Positions 17,823 to 26,393 are shown, numbered from the stretch's first letter. The stretch: 64,000 nucleotides of DNA from an uncultured virus (IMG/VR IMGVR_UViG_3300031963_000096) (IMGVR_UViG_3300031963_000096), one strand, 5' to 3'. The notes: generated from the letters alone by a model not told the origin. Numbers and translations: made by a program.

Positions 17823-18023
17823 ATGAATTATGACAAACGACATGGCGGCCCGTATGACCGTGGCTCTGCTGATGCATATTATTATCGTGGTTATAACCCA
17901 CACTATTTTAAAGGCAGTAGTTATAACAGCGAAATGGTTGAATTGAAAGATATGACAGCCGAAGAAATTACAGCTTATACTGTTGGATTTCGTGATGAAA
18001 AAGATAGAAAGGCATGGGATTAA
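17823..18023 (+). CDS. Small hypothetical protein
   Basis: HGGPYDRGSADAYY motif; operonic. Confidence 0.6.
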   Translation: MNYDKRHGGPYDRGSADAYYYRGYNPHYFKGSSYNSEMVELKDMTAEEITAYTVGFRDEKDRKAWD

Positions 18024-18275
18024 AATGATTACTGTTGATTCGTTTGAAAAATATAAAAGACCAAATCGTACTGCAATTTATACTCGCATACCAATTAGCG
18101 AGTTAGATTCTTTTCGCAAAGTGATGCAACAATACGATCTATATTTTAAGATGCGGTATCGTGGTCCTCGTTTTAATGTACCATCAGCCTCAAGGCGATT
18201 TGGTGTAAGTAAACAGACCACATGTCTTAAAGAAGATGCAACACATTTTTCAGTTTATAATTATTGAGATTAAAA

Positions 18276-18509
18276 ATGGCAATTCGTAAACGCAATAAAA
18301 GCGATTTAAAGAAAAAGATTGTAATTGATTTGTCTGGTCCACAAGGTAATGCATTTTACCTGATTGGTGTTGTAAAACAGACTTTTCGCAGGTCAGGTGC
18401 AAGTGAACTAGGCGATCAAATTGCCCAAGAAATGATGAGCGGTGATTATGAACACTTGCTTAAAACATTTGATTTGTATCTCGGCGAACATTTTGATTTG
18501 GTGAGGTGA
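18276..18509 (+). CDS. Small hypothetical protein
   Basis: IDLSGPQGNAFYLIG ... SGDYEHLL motif. Confidence 0.6.
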   Translation: MAIRKRNKSDLKKKIVIDLSGPQGNAFYLIGVVKQTFRRSGASELGDQIAQEMMSGDYEHLLKTFDLYLGEHFDLVR

Positions 18510-18537
18510 ACATGAGCGGCAATTAACCTAAAAAGTC

Positions 18538-18566
18538 TTGACAATTAAACCGAAGTATGTTACTAT
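18538..18566 (+). promoter_or_regulatory. Sigma70-type early promoter
   Basis: TTGACA, 17 nt spacer, TGn-TACTAT. Confidence 0.7.
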
Positions 18567-18599
18567 TATTATCCCTAAACTAAATGAGGTATCACTATT

Positions 18600-19061
18600 A
18601 TGGCAAAAACTATCAAACTCAAACCCTTTGAGAAACTCCTTACCGTTATGGTTTCTGGTAAGCCCGTAACAATCGAAGAAATCGATGCAACACTCGGCAA
18701 AGAAATTTACATGTATCGCTTGTCGACCTACATTTGGCACATTAAAACATTCGCCAATGGTGTTGTGAAGGCAATCAAAGATGGTCGCCGTGTTACTGCT
18801 TATCAGGTCATCAATGTGAAAGAAGTTAAAGAATACATGGATCGTGCTGGCGTGACCAAAGCTAACTTTGTTCCTGGTCAAGTCACCAAGAAACCGTCTA
18901 TCGCTAAACTTGCTGACCTTGCGGCGAAGCCTGCTAAGAAAGCACCTGCAAAAGCACCTGCTAAGAAAGCTCCTGCCAAACCGGCGAAAGCACCTGCTAA
19001 ACCCAAGAAAGTTGAAGCAGTTACCGCTGACGATCTGGAAATTGCAGAAGTTACCGAATAA
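18600..19061 (+). CDS. Putative DNA-binding protein with histone H1-like PAKK tail
   Basis: wHTH-like N-terminal domain; AAKPAKKAPAKAPAKKAPAKPAKAPAKPKK; GAGGT RBS. Confidence 0.7.
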   Translation: MAKTIKLKPFEKLLTVMVSGKPVTIEEIDATLGKEIYMYRLSTYIWHIKTFANGVVKAIKDGRRVTAYQVINVKEVKEYMDRAGVTKANFVPGQVTKKPSIAKLADLAAKPAKKAPAKAPAKKAPAKPAKAPAKPKKVEAVTADDLEIAEVTE

Positions 19062-19172
19062 TCTCTCTGTGAAAATGGGGGAGTGAGCGCCACACATGGA
19101 CGCCTATTCTTAAATGACAGCGAATGTCGGGATGACATGCAAAGTGCCCCTTAACTTATTAAAGGAAATATA

Positions 19173-19352
19173 ATGATTGAAATGTTAAATGTAAGTGAAA
19201 AAGCTGCAAAGTTTATGATGGCAAAACCAGGTTCTTTCTTTGTTGTGCCGAAGAATTCAGAAGTACCATTTGAAACTTGTGCAAAATTTGGTGTAAAATT
19301 GTTTGTTAAGAATATGAAAGATAAACCGTTTAAAGTAATTAAACGGATTTAA
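19173..19352 (+). CDS. Small hypothetical protein (not in ORF track)
   Basis: 59 aa, AAAGGA RBS, MIEMLNVSEKAAKF...KVIKRI. Confidence 0.55.
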   Translation: MIEMLNVSEKAAKFMMAKPGSFFVVPKNSEVPFETCAKFGVKLFVKNMKDKPFKVIKRI

Positions 19353-19560
19353 GAACCCGCTGAGGTAACGCTTGGCTACTGTGACCCGCAGGAAGGAGAA
19401 GTGAGTTCGTAACTCACGGGTGGTTCTGGAACTGGAGTTCCACATCGAAAGATGCAGTCTAACCGAACTGGCGTTGGCAGTACGAAAGTCTCTGCGGTGA
19501 GCGAGTGGATGGAAGGTCAGTAGGTGTTACTACAGACTATAGTTACCACGGCCGCAGAGA
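19352..19560 (+). ncRNA. Putative structured non-coding RNA with tRNA-like 5' domain
   Basis: GC-rich intergenic block with nested stems: AGAACC/GGTTCT, GTGAG-ttcgtaa-CTCAC, GGAAC/GTTCC, CATC-gaaa-GATG, TCTCTGCGGT/GCCGCAGAGA. Confidence 0.6.
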
Positions 19561-19582
19561 AGCACCTTATTATGGAGTTGTG

Positions 19583-19870
19583 ATGAATAAAATTCAAAAA
19601 GAAGTTATGTTGATTGCACAAGAAGAATGTGCAGAAGTGACGCAAGCAATTAGTAAATGTTTTCGTTTTGGTTTTGATTCTGAATATAACAATCGAACAA
19701 ACCATGAACGATTAACAGAAGAAGTTGGTGATTTGATTGCAATGATTGATTTGATGATCGAACACGATATTATAGATGAAGCATCTGCTCAAATGGCAGC
19801 TTCACAGAAAAAAATCAAATTGAAAAAGTGGTCAAACATTTTTGATGAACAAATTGAAACGGTGAATTAA
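19583..19870 (+). CDS. MazG-like nucleotide pyrophosphohydrolase
   Basis: QEECAEV ... EEVGDL acidic motif; GGAG RBS. Confidence 0.75.
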   Translation: MNKIQKEVMLIAQEECAEVTQAISKCFRFGFDSEYNNRTNHERLTEEVGDLIAMIDLMIEHDIIDEASAQMAASQKKIKLKKWSNIFDEQIETVN

Positions 19871-20083
19871 ATGAATTGGGTTCTCGTTATCTGGTTAGCA
19901 GTACCAAGTAATTATACAGTTTATGATAAATTTGAAACGCTGAAAGCCTGTCAAGAAAAAAGAGATATGGTAACCAAAGCGTTGACGCAAGCGAATTCAG
20001 ACATGCGTGTTACATGCCGCCGATTAGAAGATTTGGTGAGTGAATATGATCCGAAAACTGTTACCTTTCCTATTTACCTTTAG
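19871..20083 (+). CDS. Small hypothetical protein
   Basis: 70-aa ORF, hydrophobic N-terminus, two Cys. Confidence 0.5.
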   Translation: MNWVLVIWLAVPSNYTVYDKFETLKACQEKRDMVTKALTQANSDMRVTCRRLEDLVSEYDPKTVTFPIYL

Positions 20084-20765
20084 TGTTGCTAACGCTGCAA
20101 CGATTGGCATCGGCGACTACAGGTATGGACCTGATACGACACAAAATTTCGCATGTAAAATGGCTGAAGATCGTGCCAAAGAACATGCGATTAGTCGTTT
20201 CTTAGGCGAGTCGATTGATACGGTATCATTTGAATCGTGTAAAAATGGTGAATGTATTTTTCAAAAAGATACAATCAATGAAGCAAAAGGTATTGTAAAG
20301 AATATCGTAGATAAAAAAGTTGAGATAATTGAAAAACCTGGTTATCTAAATTGCATTGTGACAATTCAAGCCAATGTAGTGAAAATAACCAATAACATTC
20401 GATTTGTGATATTTGATGACAATCTTACATTTAAAGAAAACGATGAAGTGCGATTTTCAGGCATTTCAAACCGAGAAGGTAAAGTAGTGTTGTTTAATTT
20501 CTACAACGGCAATTATTACCGAATATATGAACATAAGATTGCCACAAAAAATGAGAAATTTGTGTTACCTTCCTCCAACAATAAATTGGTGGCAAAATTA
20601 CCCATCGGTGAAACGCAGTCTAAAGAAATGGTAACATTTGTATTTTTTGAAAGTGAAGTAAAGGTGAAAGATTCATATACACAAAAAGATCTGAGAGAAT
20701 TTTTCTCATCAGTACCTTATGAATCTTATCGTGTTTTGAATCGTCATGTACATATTATGAGGTAA
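20046..20765 (+). CDS. Exported protein
   Basis: Signal peptide ending ANA-A. Confidence 0.65.
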   Translation: MIRKLLPFLFTFSVANAATIGIGDYRYGPDTTQNFACKMAEDRAKEHAISRFLGESIDTVSFESCKNGECIFQKDTINEAKGIVKNIVDKKVEIIEKPGYLNCIVTIQANVVKITNNIRFVIFDDNLTFKENDEVRFSGISNREGKVVLFNFYNGNYYRIYEHKIATKNEKFVLPSSNNKLVAKLPIGETQSKEMVTFVFFESEVKVKDSYTQKDLREFFSSVPYESYRVLNRHVHIMR

Positions 20766-20767
20766 TC

Positions 20768-21367
20768 ATGAAAAAGTTATTAGTAGTTCCTATTGTTTTT
20801 GCATTGACCGCTTGTGGTACTTTTGAAACTAATACTAAGTTGGCTTTAAATGCACCAGAATTTGGCAGTAAACCAAGTCAAGGTGATGAAGTCAAATATC
20901 CTAAGTGGTTTACAGAAAAAGAAAAAGATGGTGCTTTGTATGCTGTTGCGACTGAGTATTCAAAAGATTTTCAATTCTCCGTTGACAAAGCTATGTTGTC
21001 CGCTAAGCGTGAACTTGCATCGAACTTTTCATCACATGTAAGTGCCATGTTAAAAGATTATGCGGCCGAAGTTGGTGAATTAGATTCTACCGTTGTGCGT
21101 GAAATTGACCGTACCACTAAATTGGTAATTTCACAAGTGAACCTTGTTGGTGTTCAGCGTACACAGTACCGTGTTCAGCATGAGAAAGATGGTTATCGTG
21201 CCTTTGTAAAATTGCGTTATGCTACTGACGATTCAAACAAACTTTTGATTCAAGAAATTAAACGCAATCGGCAATTGAACGCTAAACTACAGGCATCAAA
21301 ATCATTTAAAGAGTTAGAAGCTTCAGTCGATAAAATTGAGGGAAAAAATGAAAAAAGTAATCCGTGA
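20768..21367 (+). CDS. Lipoprotein (LPP20-like)
   Basis: Lipobox LTAC-G; PKWF...A..SAKRELA pattern. Confidence 0.75.
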   Translation: MKKLLVVPIVFALTACGTFETNTKLALNAPEFGSKPSQGDEVKYPKWFTEKEKDGALYAVATEYSKDFQFSVDKAMLSAKRELASNFSSHVSAMLKDYAAEVGELDSTVVREIDRTTKLVISQVNLVGVQRTQYRVQHEKDGYRAFVKLRYATDDSNKLLIQEIKRNRQLNAKLQASKSFKELEASVDKIEGKNEKSNP

Positions 21368-21674
21368 TGGCCATGTTGCAGTAATTTATTCACCAGGTTT
21401 TGGTGCTGGTTGGTATACATGGAACCAATTGTTAGATAATGCTGAACAGTTGATTTATGATCCGATGATTGTTCAAATTTTAGAAGAACAATCTGATAAC
21501 TGGTTGGATCAATTAGTTGAATATGTTACTGAAGAATATCCAGATGCATATGCTGGCGGCCTTGATGATTTGTGTTTTGATTGGTTGCCTGTAGGAACTA
21601 GATTCAGAATTACAGAATATGATGGTTCTGAATCAATTGAAACGGAAAAAAATATACCATGGATGACCGCTTAA
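21348..21674 (+). CDS. Hypothetical protein
   Basis: VAVIYSPGFGAGWYTWN ... EYDGSE motifs. Confidence 0.65.
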   Translation: MKKVIRDGHVAVIYSPGFGAGWYTWNQLLDNAEQLIYDPMIVQILEEQSDNWLDQLVEYVTEEYPDAYAGGLDDLCFDWLPVGTRFRITEYDGSESIETEKNIPWMTA

Positions 21675-21843
21675 TCAATTACCTCAAATATAGCGGTGCA
21701 TGTGTTACACTAACGGTGAATCCATACCATTGGGCCTGGATTCCTGTTTTTAAATTTGAAAACTTGGATGAAATATGGTTCACAGATAATTTCCGTATTT
21801 CAATTTTATTTTTAACTGTAAGAATTTGGATAGATGATGGGAG

Positions 21844-22119
21844 ATGGTAATGTCAGACATATTTGACTTAGAGCAATCGATTATGAAATGTTGGAATGTT
21901 GTTGATGATATTGATTTGGTTTATAAAAATGTAATGGATAGGCAAAGACCATTTACAGAAGATGAACTTGCAAACATTCTACTTGGCATTAAACAATTAT
22001 ATCATTTGAGATTTGAAGAATGTTTTTCTCAATTCGAAGATATGTGCAGAGAATATCATCAGCTTAGAAAATTTAAAGAATCTAATCAATTTTCAGATAT
22101 AAAACAACAGTACGAATGA
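21844..22119 (+). CDS. Hypothetical protein
   Basis: FDLEQSIMKCW motif; operonic. Confidence 0.55.
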   Translation: MVMSDIFDLEQSIMKCWNVVDDIDLVYKNVMDRQRPFTEDELANILLGIKQLYHLRFEECFSQFEDMCREYHQLRKFKESNQFSDIKQQYE

Positions 22120-22655
22120 ACATCTTTTATCTTGACCGTGACCCACGTATCTGTGCCGAAATGCACTTAGATAAACATGTGGTCAAAATGATTATCGAAT
22201 ATGCACAACTCATGTCCACAGCTCATCGTGTACTTGACGGTGATGAATACTTTGATAAAACAGCAAATGGTCGAAGAATCAAACGTTGGCGATTATACGA
22301 TGAGCGTGAAGATCGCTTAATGAAAGCATCGCATGTTAATCACCCATCAGGTGTGTGGGTTCGAGCCAATGTTGCAAATTATAGATGGTTGTTTACGATG
22401 TGGGAATTTTTGTGTGAAGAATATACTTTTCGTTATGGCAAAAAACATGCATGTAGTCGCCTATTAAATTGTTTAGATGTAGCACCAAATAAAATACCTG
22501 GCGGAGATTTTTATCCACCAACACCAGCGATGCCTGATGAATGTAAAATCGCCGGTAACTCCTTGGCGTCCTATCATAAATACTATATTGAGCGTAAAGC
22601 ACATTTCGCTAAATGGACAAAAAGAGAGATACCGTTGTGGTATAAAACTGCATGA
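22116..22655 (+). CDS. Pyrimidine-dimer DNA glycosylase-like (Pyr_excise) protein
   Basis: MNIFYLD...DKHVVKMIIEYAQL, HVNHPS..W, EYTFRYGKKH, PAMPD. Confidence 0.7.
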   Translation: MNIFYLDRDPRICAEMHLDKHVVKMIIEYAQLMSTAHRVLDGDEYFDKTANGRRIKRWRLYDEREDRLMKASHVNHPSGVWVRANVANYRWLFTMWEFLCEEYTFRYGKKHACSRLLNCLDVAPNKIPGGDFYPPTPAMPDECKIAGNSLASYHKYYIERKAHFAKWTKREIPLWYKTA

Positions 22656-23197
22656 GCATATTAAGAGAAGTAACGGATGAAAAACATCGCCGAGTAGAAA
22701 ATTTACCTTTCATTCAGTATTTGTTGAGAGGTGAAATAACAAAAGAACATTACATATATTATTTGTATGAAATGTTGCAGGTGTATTCTGTGCTTGAAGA
22801 TTTTTCTAAAAAAGCTGGACTGTTTGGTGGTTTAGATGGACTTGAAAGAACTTACAGAATACAACAGGATTTAAATGAGTTGAATCCTAATCATGAACAT
22901 GTATTGGGTGATCATACAGTAAGATATATGGATTATCTGTATGAATTATATCGATCAGAAAATAATCATCAGTTATTTGCTCATGTTTATGTCCGCCACC
23001 TTGGTGATATGTATGGTGGAAAATTAATTTCTCGAATCGTTCCTGGTTCTGGTGAGTGGTATAAATTTGATAATCGTGGTGAGTTGGTAAAAGAATTTAA
23101 TAAAAGACTGAAACTTGAACATGCAGGTGAAGCATTAAAAGCTTTTGATTTCTGGGAACAAATTTTTACTGAAATGTGGATTAAATTACCTAAATAA
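22652..23197 (+). CDS. Heme oxygenase
   Basis: LREVTDEKHRRVE (proximal His) and AHVYVRHLGDMYGG distal helix. Confidence 0.88.
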   Translation: MSILREVTDEKHRRVENLPFIQYLLRGEITKEHYIYYLYEMLQVYSVLEDFSKKAGLFGGLDGLERTYRIQQDLNELNPNHEHVLGDHTVRYMDYLYELYRSENNHQLFAHVYVRHLGDMYGGKLISRIVPGSGEWYKFDNRGELVKEFNKRLKLEHAGEALKAFDFWEQIFTEMWIKLPK

Positions 23198-23206
23198 CTT
23201 TACAAT

Positions 23207-23467
23207 ATGCCAACATATACGTTCCGTAATAAAGATACGGGTGAGATTTTTGAACATGTAATGAAAATGTCTGAATATGACGATTACATGAAATCAAACC
23301 CCTCAATAGAGCGCTACCATGAAGCGCCAGCTACCCTCGTTGATCCCACCACCGTTGGTGCTTTAAAGCCACCATCCGATTTTCAAAAATACGTAATAGG
23401 AAATATAGAAAGAAGAAACCCTGGTCGAGCACATTCGAAAAAATATAGTGTACCAAAAGAATGGTGA
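23207..23467 (+). CDS. FmdB-like regulatory/zinc-ribbon-type small protein (Cys absent)
   Basis: MPTYTFRNKDTGEIFE pattern; CCTAAATA late-type motif upstream. Confidence 0.55.
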   Translation: MPTYTFRNKDTGEIFEHVMKMSEYDDYMKSNPSIERYHEAPATLVDPTTVGALKPPSDFQKYVIGNIERRNPGRAHSKKYSVPKEW

Positions 23468-23507
23468 TGTTGTAATTATATCATGCTAACTTCCTGTAGG
23501 AGAAAGT

Positions 23508-23693
23508 ATGGCAAAACGAAAAGGTATTGAAACAAAAGCAGCACTTTTGCAACAACACTTTAAGGGAGAATTAAGAAAAGAAAATGAGAATGAATTGGGT
23601 GACTGGTCAAATGAAAATCTACAGAAAAACAGAGAAAGGTATATGCGACAACACTTCCCGTGGTTAGTGGAAGGACACAAATCGCCAGGATAA
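23508..23693 (+). CDS. Small hypothetical protein
   Basis: AGGAG RBS, 61 aa. Confidence 0.5.
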   Translation: MAKRKGIETKAALLQQHFKGELRKENENELGDWSNENLQKNRERYMRQHFPWLVEGHKSPG

Positions 23694-24370
23694 TGAAGAA
23701 TTTTAATCATGTAAAATTGAGTGAACTTGATTTTGAATTAGAATCAGAAACAACAGAAACGGGTAGGACTTACAAGACACCAGGAGGAAAATCCTACCCG
23801 TCTATCACAACCGTATTATCAAACTACAATAAAAAAGCAATTTACGAATGGCGCCAAAGAGTTGGTGAACAGGAAGCTAATCGCATTTCAAGAGCTGCAT
23901 CTGGCCGTGGTACAAAACTGCACAACGCTGTTGAGAAATATCTTTTGAATGAAATGAGTGATCTAAAGTATCAATCGATGATGCCTGATACGAAAGAGTT
24001 ATTTCTCAAAGTGAAACCTTTCTTAGATAATCATATCGGAAACATATACGGTATAGAACAACCGTTATATAGTGACAGATTGCGAATTGCAGGTCGTTGT
24101 GATTGTATTGCAGAATGGGAAGGTGAGTTATCCATTGTTGATTGGAAAACATCGACTAGAGTAAAAGATAAAGATCATATACAGAATTATTTCATGCAAT
24201 GTTCGGCATATGCAGAAATGTTTGAGGAAAGAACTGGTAAACCAATCAATCAAATCGTGGTAGCTATTGCGGTAGAAGATGCTTCATCACCATCTATTTT
24301 TATAGAAAATAAATCTGATTATCTTTTGCCTCTCCAAGAATACATTTTGCGATATAATAGTCCCATATAA
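23693..24370 (+). CDS. PD-(D/E)XK exonuclease
   Basis: YPSITTVL, GTKLH, IAGRCDCI, IVDWKTS, QCSAYA. Confidence 0.85.
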   Translation: MKNFNHVKLSELDFELESETTETGRTYKTPGGKSYPSITTVLSNYNKKAIYEWRQRVGEQEANRISRAASGRGTKLHNAVEKYLLNEMSDLKYQSMMPDTKELFLKVKPFLDNHIGNIYGIEQPLYSDRLRIAGRCDCIAEWEGELSIVDWKTSTRVKDKDHIQNYFMQCSAYAEMFEERTGKPINQIVVAIAVEDASSPSIFIENKSDYLLPLQEYILRYNSPI

Positions 24371-24377
24371 ATAGGTA

Positions 24378-24683
24378 ATGAAAAAATTATTGTCAACTTT
24401 ACTGTTTCTTCCTGCGTTAGCTATAGCACAGGTCGAATATGTGCATTTTGAGACAATCTGTATTGATCAAAAAATGCTTGAAGAAACGACTGCAAAACAT
24501 GGTGAAAAACCTTTTATAACTGCCGTAGGTCATAGATTAGTAGGCGATAAAAAAGTATTTCATCCTGTTGTGATGTTTATGAATCCAAATACTAAATCTT
24601 GGACTCTGGTTGAAAGAGTTGAACCAAATTCTTTTTGTGTCATTGGTGTTGGCACAAAGATGGAACCATTTTTTAGTAAGTAA
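24378..24683 (+). CDS. Exported small protein
   Basis: Signal peptide AIA-Q; TATAAATA at 24366-24373. Confidence 0.65.
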   Translation: MKKLLSTLLFLPALAIAQVEYVHFETICIDQKMLEETTAKHGEKPFITAVGHRLVGDKKVFHPVVMFMNPNTKSWTLVERVEPNSFCVIGVGTKMEPFFSK

Positions 24684-24754
24684 AAATTATTTTTTTATGT
24701 GATGGTACGAACCGAGTATTCTGGTAGCAAAGGCGAAAGCTGACCATCACACCT

Positions 24755-25094
24755 AATTCGTTGAAGGTTGTAAAAAATGCGTTGGACGGCGGTGCGATTC
24801 CGCCCATCTCCACCAAAAGCATATCTAGTTATGTGTTAAGGCAAAATGCCCTGCAACGGCACATAATGAACTTGCTATGTTGCAGTAGTATGGTATGCTT
24901 CTGATGGGGATGAAATAGTTTCGACAGCGTATGTAATGAACAACTGGAGAATCGGCAACGCCAAAGCCGTTAGGGTTGAGACTACTCGGCCGAAGAAGCA
25001 AACAAGTAAATGCAAACGATGAAAGATTTGCGCTGGCAGCCTAACCGCTGACCGGAGTTTTCGGTGATTGAACTTGGCAACAGAATCAATCACC
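24755..25094 (+). ncRNA. ssrA: Circularly permuted (two-piece) tmRNA
   Basis: T-arm GGCGG/CCGCC plus CATCTCCACCA (ends 24815) precedes GGGGATG (24906-24912), giving a G3-U70 Ala acceptor stem; TTCGAC D-loop; tag GCA..TAA 25012-25044 = ANDERFALAA; ends approximate. Confidence 0.92.
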
Positions 25095-25116
25095 ATTCTT
25101 AATTAAGGAGATTGTA

Positions 25117-25293
25117 ATGACTAAAGTATTAAGCACAGTAGTAGCAACACTTTTTGCAACAGCAGTAATTGCAGCTGAGCCACCAAAAAAAGCTGGCCCG
25201 CCGAACATTCCTGAAAATCCAAATGCAAAAAAAGTAGAACCTAAAAAAGAAGCAGCAAAACCTGCTCCTAAGAAAGAAGCACAGAAGAAATAA
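25117..25293 (+). CDS. Small exported Lys/Pro-rich protein (not in ORF track)
   Basis: AAGGAG RBS; MTKVLSTVVATLFATAVIAAEPPKK...APKKEAQKK. Confidence 0.65.
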   Translation: MTKVLSTVVATLFATAVIAAEPPKKAGPPNIPENPNAKKVEPKKEAAKPAPKKEAQKK

Positions 25294-25460
25294 TGGCAAA
25301 TTACAAGAGAAAGAAATCCAAACGCTCTTGTAGATGTACATTGTGTACAAAGTTTGCATGGATGGGTAATTCTAAACAACGCAAACATGTATCCGATATT
25401 CGTAATGATGATAAAGTGAAAAGTTATGCCTCTTATTTTGCAACCTATTCAGGAGATTAA
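25293..25460 (+). CDS. Small basic CxCxxC protein (not in ORF track)
   Basis: TAATG coupling; MANYKRKKSKRSCRCTLCTK... Confidence 0.5.
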   Translation: MANYKRKKSKRSCRCTLCTKFAWMGNSKQRKHVSDIRNDDKVKSYASYFATYSGD

Positions 25461-25647
25461 ACAAGCTTCTGAACCAATTATTGATAAGGTCGAAAACACA
25501 CCGATTGATTTTGTAGCTTCTTTATGGATTGTGTTATTGTTTTTTGTGTTGTACATTTTTCGGAAACCCATTTTAGGTTTATGTGTTTTCTTCCTTAAAT
25601 TTTTAGTATTATTCATATTTGCTTATTTGACATACGTATTGACATGA
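25426..25647 (+). CDS. Small membrane protein
   Basis: Two hydrophobic segments. Confidence 0.5.
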   Translation: MPLILQPIQEIKQASEPIIDKVENTPIDFVASLWIVLLFFVLYIFRKPILGLCVFFLKFLVLFIFAYLTYVLT

Positions 25648-26336
25648 AAGTAAAAATCGGACCTTATAAAAATTGGATTGGGCCATATCAAATCGCCGAA
25701 AAGATTCTATTTTTTATTCCAAAATACGATAAAACAACATTTGAATACACGAAAGCGTATGACAAGTATGTTCACGGCTTTGGTGAATGGTTAACTCAAG
25801 ACAAAAATGGAAACCCTTCGTGGTTGACTAAACTTTGCCATTGGATTGAATCCAAACGCAAACGAACTATCAAAGTTAAAATTGACCGATGGGATACTTG
25901 GTCAATGGATCACACATTGGCACTTATTATTTTGCCAATGCTAAAACAATTAAAAGAAACAAATCACGGTGCACCTTTTGTAGATGATGAAGATGTGCCA
26001 GAAGAATTGCGTAGTACATCAGCACCACCAAAAGAAAATGAGTGGGACACCGATGCCAATCATTTCAAAAGATTTGAGTGGGTAATGGATGAAATGATTT
26101 GGACATTTGAGCAATTAGTTGATGATGACAATGATGCACAATTTCATTCTGGTAATTCAGATTTAAAATCTGTGCCGTGTGAGTGGGATGAAAAAGGTGA
26201 ACCAAAAATGTATTCTTTAGAACATGGTCCTAATCACACCGCAGTATTTGATAAAGAAGGTTATGATAAACATAATAAACGAATACAAAACGGTCTAAGG
26301 TTGTTTGGTAGATATTACCGCAATCTTTGGGACTAA
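25644..26336 (+). CDS. Conserved hypothetical phage protein
   Basis: WDTWSMDHTLALIILPML ... GLRLFGRYYRNLWD. Confidence 0.7.
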   Translation: MKVKIGPYKNWIGPYQIAEKILFFIPKYDKTTFEYTKAYDKYVHGFGEWLTQDKNGNPSWLTKLCHWIESKRKRTIKVKIDRWDTWSMDHTLALIILPMLKQLKETNHGAPFVDDEDVPEELRSTSAPPKENEWDTDANHFKRFEWVMDEMIWTFEQLVDDDNDAQFHSGNSDLKSVPCEWDEKGEPKMYSLEHGPNHTAVFDKEGYDKHNKRIQNGLRLFGRYYRNLWD

Positions 26337-26393
26337 ATAAGATACCAGCATACACACAACCGCTGGTGACACACAAACACACAGGAGAAAATT

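Noticed and set aside
19077..19110. Fluoride riboswitch-like sequence (GGAGTGAGCGCC...GACGCCTA)
   Set aside because: Only superficial similarity; the conserved spacing and second hairpin are missing and no fluoride-related gene follows.
18528..19138. Minus-strand ORFs opposite the histone-like gene (and similar antisense ORFs elsewhere)
   Set aside because: Shadow ORFs caused by low-complexity codons on the coding strand; no RBS or motifs.
19352..19427. Additional bona fide tRNA
   Set aside because: No 7-nt anticodon loop, irregular acceptor stem and no CCA; kept only as a tRNA-like domain.
23693..24370. Cas4 as part of a CRISPR system
   Set aside because: Lacks the Fe-S cysteines and any array; fits a stand-alone phage PD-(D/E)XK exonuclease.
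24875..25096. 73-aa minus-strand ORF
   Set aside because: Antisense to the tmRNA, which fully explains the sequence.
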